Assembly: GCF_006345805.1 (NCBI RefSeq) | Contig: NC_043007.1 | Coordinates: 61,814,001 to 61,878,000 of the forward strand | DNA length: 64,000 nt | DNA from: Octopus sinensis | Lineage: Eukaryota | Direction: 5' to 3' | Part shown: positions 61,938 through 64,000 of the stretch, in pieces | How the letters are laid out: each line of letters opens with the position of its first letter | How positions within the stretch are numbered: position 1 is the stretch's first letter | The notes under the pieces: generated by a model | Database searches by the model: none | Seen by the model: the letters and a program-made list of their open reading frames with translations, nothing else | What the model was told of the DNA's origin: nothing | Position numbers and translations under genes: made by a program

Positions 61938-63083
61938 GTTTTTTACGATTTGAGAAATCCTTGATATTTTCTTTCCGGTCAATCCAACGCATAGGAGCTT
62001 TGTATTCAAGTATTAAGTCCTTAAATAACAGGTTGGCATTCACTCCTGACAGGGATGGGATATACTAGAAATTACAATGTTCGTGATTTTCCCAAGCTTT
62101 TAGAAAAAGGAAAACGACTGCAATCTAGAACTGAAAGTGCATCGCAGTCTTTCATTGCTGAAAAATGTCTAATTACCTTTGGCGCTGTCATCAAATAATT
62201 TGCAAGTCTACAAACACGGACCAGAATCCAACACAAACATAAATTACTTATGGCTCCAACAATTTTTTTACAAGCTGTGTTTATATAAGATGCTTAAATA
62301 GTTTGTTATTTGCATTATATCATTTGTCAATAGTCACTCTCTCTTTCTCTATTGATATTTGTCGTAGAACTGACATGTAAAGGTCCTACTGTCTACTTAA
62401 TTCGTTACTCACTTCGGTTTTCTCGATTTCATTCAGCTGCTATGATTGATAAGATTGACCGTTGCTAGGATACAGTGTCTGATTCGGTTAGCTATTTGTT
62501 TATTCAGGAAATATTCGCTGTTTCTGTTGCTAAGGATTCCGAAGAACCGAATCGAATGTGGTTTCCGATCAATACACATTACATAAATGGGTGACGAGTG
62601 GTTGCATATCTCTCAGTGGTAATTTAGAAATTTATAAAGACGCGTATCGTGGTACTAGAATTTAGCTGACGATGAGCTTAATTCGGGACTAAGTTTCCAT
62701 TCCTAGTCGAAGCCTATTTATTTTACTTAAACCCATTTTAAAAACTCAAATTTTAAACGTTTCTGAGAAAAGAACCGCCTTCCCACAGTCCTATTCTCTT
62801 CTACATGCCTGTAGTTGTATACCAAAGAAACCAAATCACCATCAAATCATATCTTGCTGTTTCAAAATGCAAAAGCAAAAAAGGAACGGCGATTTGGATA
62901 ATGTAACCAGGGATATACAATGCCAGGAAAAAAGGCGAAGTGATTGCTACTAGGTCGCTTGATCAGACTGGAGACTAAAAAATAACAGCAAAGCGAAAAA
63001 CAATAACAATGACAACAACAATTAGCATAACGATGCTGATTATAATTAGAATTCTAGGGTTGCGCAACAATTATGATAAAACA

Positions 63084-63122
63084 CGCACACACACACTCAC
63101 ACACACACGCGCACACACACAC

Positions 63123-63186
<64 letters not shown>

Positions 63187-63194
63187 ACGCACAC
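63084..63194 (+). repeat. (AC)n microsatellite
   Basis: Directly visible. Confidence 0.95.
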
Positions 63195-63573
63195 ACTGTG
63201 CTGCTGATGTGAATATCTCTTCGAAACTCAAAGAGAAAGAAGATAACTATGGACAACTGTTTCGAAGCCTCTAGCTTCTATTACAATTTTACACTTATGC
63301 CAATAATAATTGGAGCACTTGTTTTGTAAGTAAATGTCCAACTGTTAGTCTGGATAATCTTGGATTTTCAGAAAAAGAAATCAACCAACTGATTCACACA
63401 TTACAACTACAATCTGTAAGCGGAACAGTAAAACTATGCAAGACTTTTCTCAGGTTTAAAAGGTGACATTATTTCCGTTATATACATTCCAAAGATGGAG
63501 CTTTCTATCTTTCTTAGAAACCAGTTCCTTCTTTAAAGGAAGAATTTAAATGATTAAATACAAAGAGATACAC

Positions 63574-63792
63574 CTACATACATACATACATACATACATA
63601 CACACATACATACATACATACAAATATACATACATACATACATACATACATACATACATACATACATACATACATACATGTATACACACATACATACATG
63701 CATACGTACATACATACATACATACATACATATATACATACATACATACATAAATACACACACACACACACATACATACATACATACATACA
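63574..63792 (+). repeat. (CATA)n microsatellite
   Basis: Directly visible. Confidence 0.95.
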
Positions 63793-64000
63793 TGGTGGCT
63801 GCCCCCTCGTTATCGAGTAAGGCCATTGCACGAAGCTTAATCAATGTTGTTATCGTGCAATGCCTGTGCAAGAAAATTTTTTTAAAGTGAGGAAAGGCTG
63901 TGCAATGAGTCAATCCCACTCACTAAGCAGCAGCAGCCATAATCCGAAAAGAAGAGCAAGTCAACATCATCGGTAACCACTGAACCGCAGGTTTTATGTC

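Overview
Eukaryotic, AT-rich, microsatellite-saturated intronic or intergenic DNA. The SINE families and the density of (AAT)n/(CATA)n/(AC)n repeats point to an octopod cephalopod; this is an inference from recalled repeat families, not a database hit. I can support no intact host protein-coding gene, rRNA, functional tRNA or CRISPR array, and almost all ORF-track entries are microsatellite or degraded-transposon artefacts. The window is a mosaic of mobile DNA. It holds a 5'-truncated Tx1/L1-clade LINE (1248-4172), three R4/Dong-type restriction-like-endonuclease LINE fragments (two beside (AAT)n, one beside (CATA)n) and RTE-like fragments. It also holds a 3.5-kb internally deleted Helitron with both termini (49618-53113), mariner and Tc1 relics, a mariner MITE, and more than 25 copies from four tRNA-headed SINE families. 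A 556-bp headless element with an (AAT)n tail occurs at three loci. Best leads: (1) one SINE 3' tail matches the 3' end of the Tx1 LINE in the same window, suggesting a Tx1-SINE partnership; (2) that LINE has a 17-bp candidate TSD at the first bases of a SINE head; (3) two R4/Dong-like lineages seem to use different microsatellites; (4) a perfect 124-bp inverted self-duplication lies inside a SINE; (5) several long near-perfect hairpins are not explained by the named elements. A CpG-rich promoter-like patch (about 28.9-29.3 kb) and a few weak minus-strand exon candidates hint at an enclosing gene.
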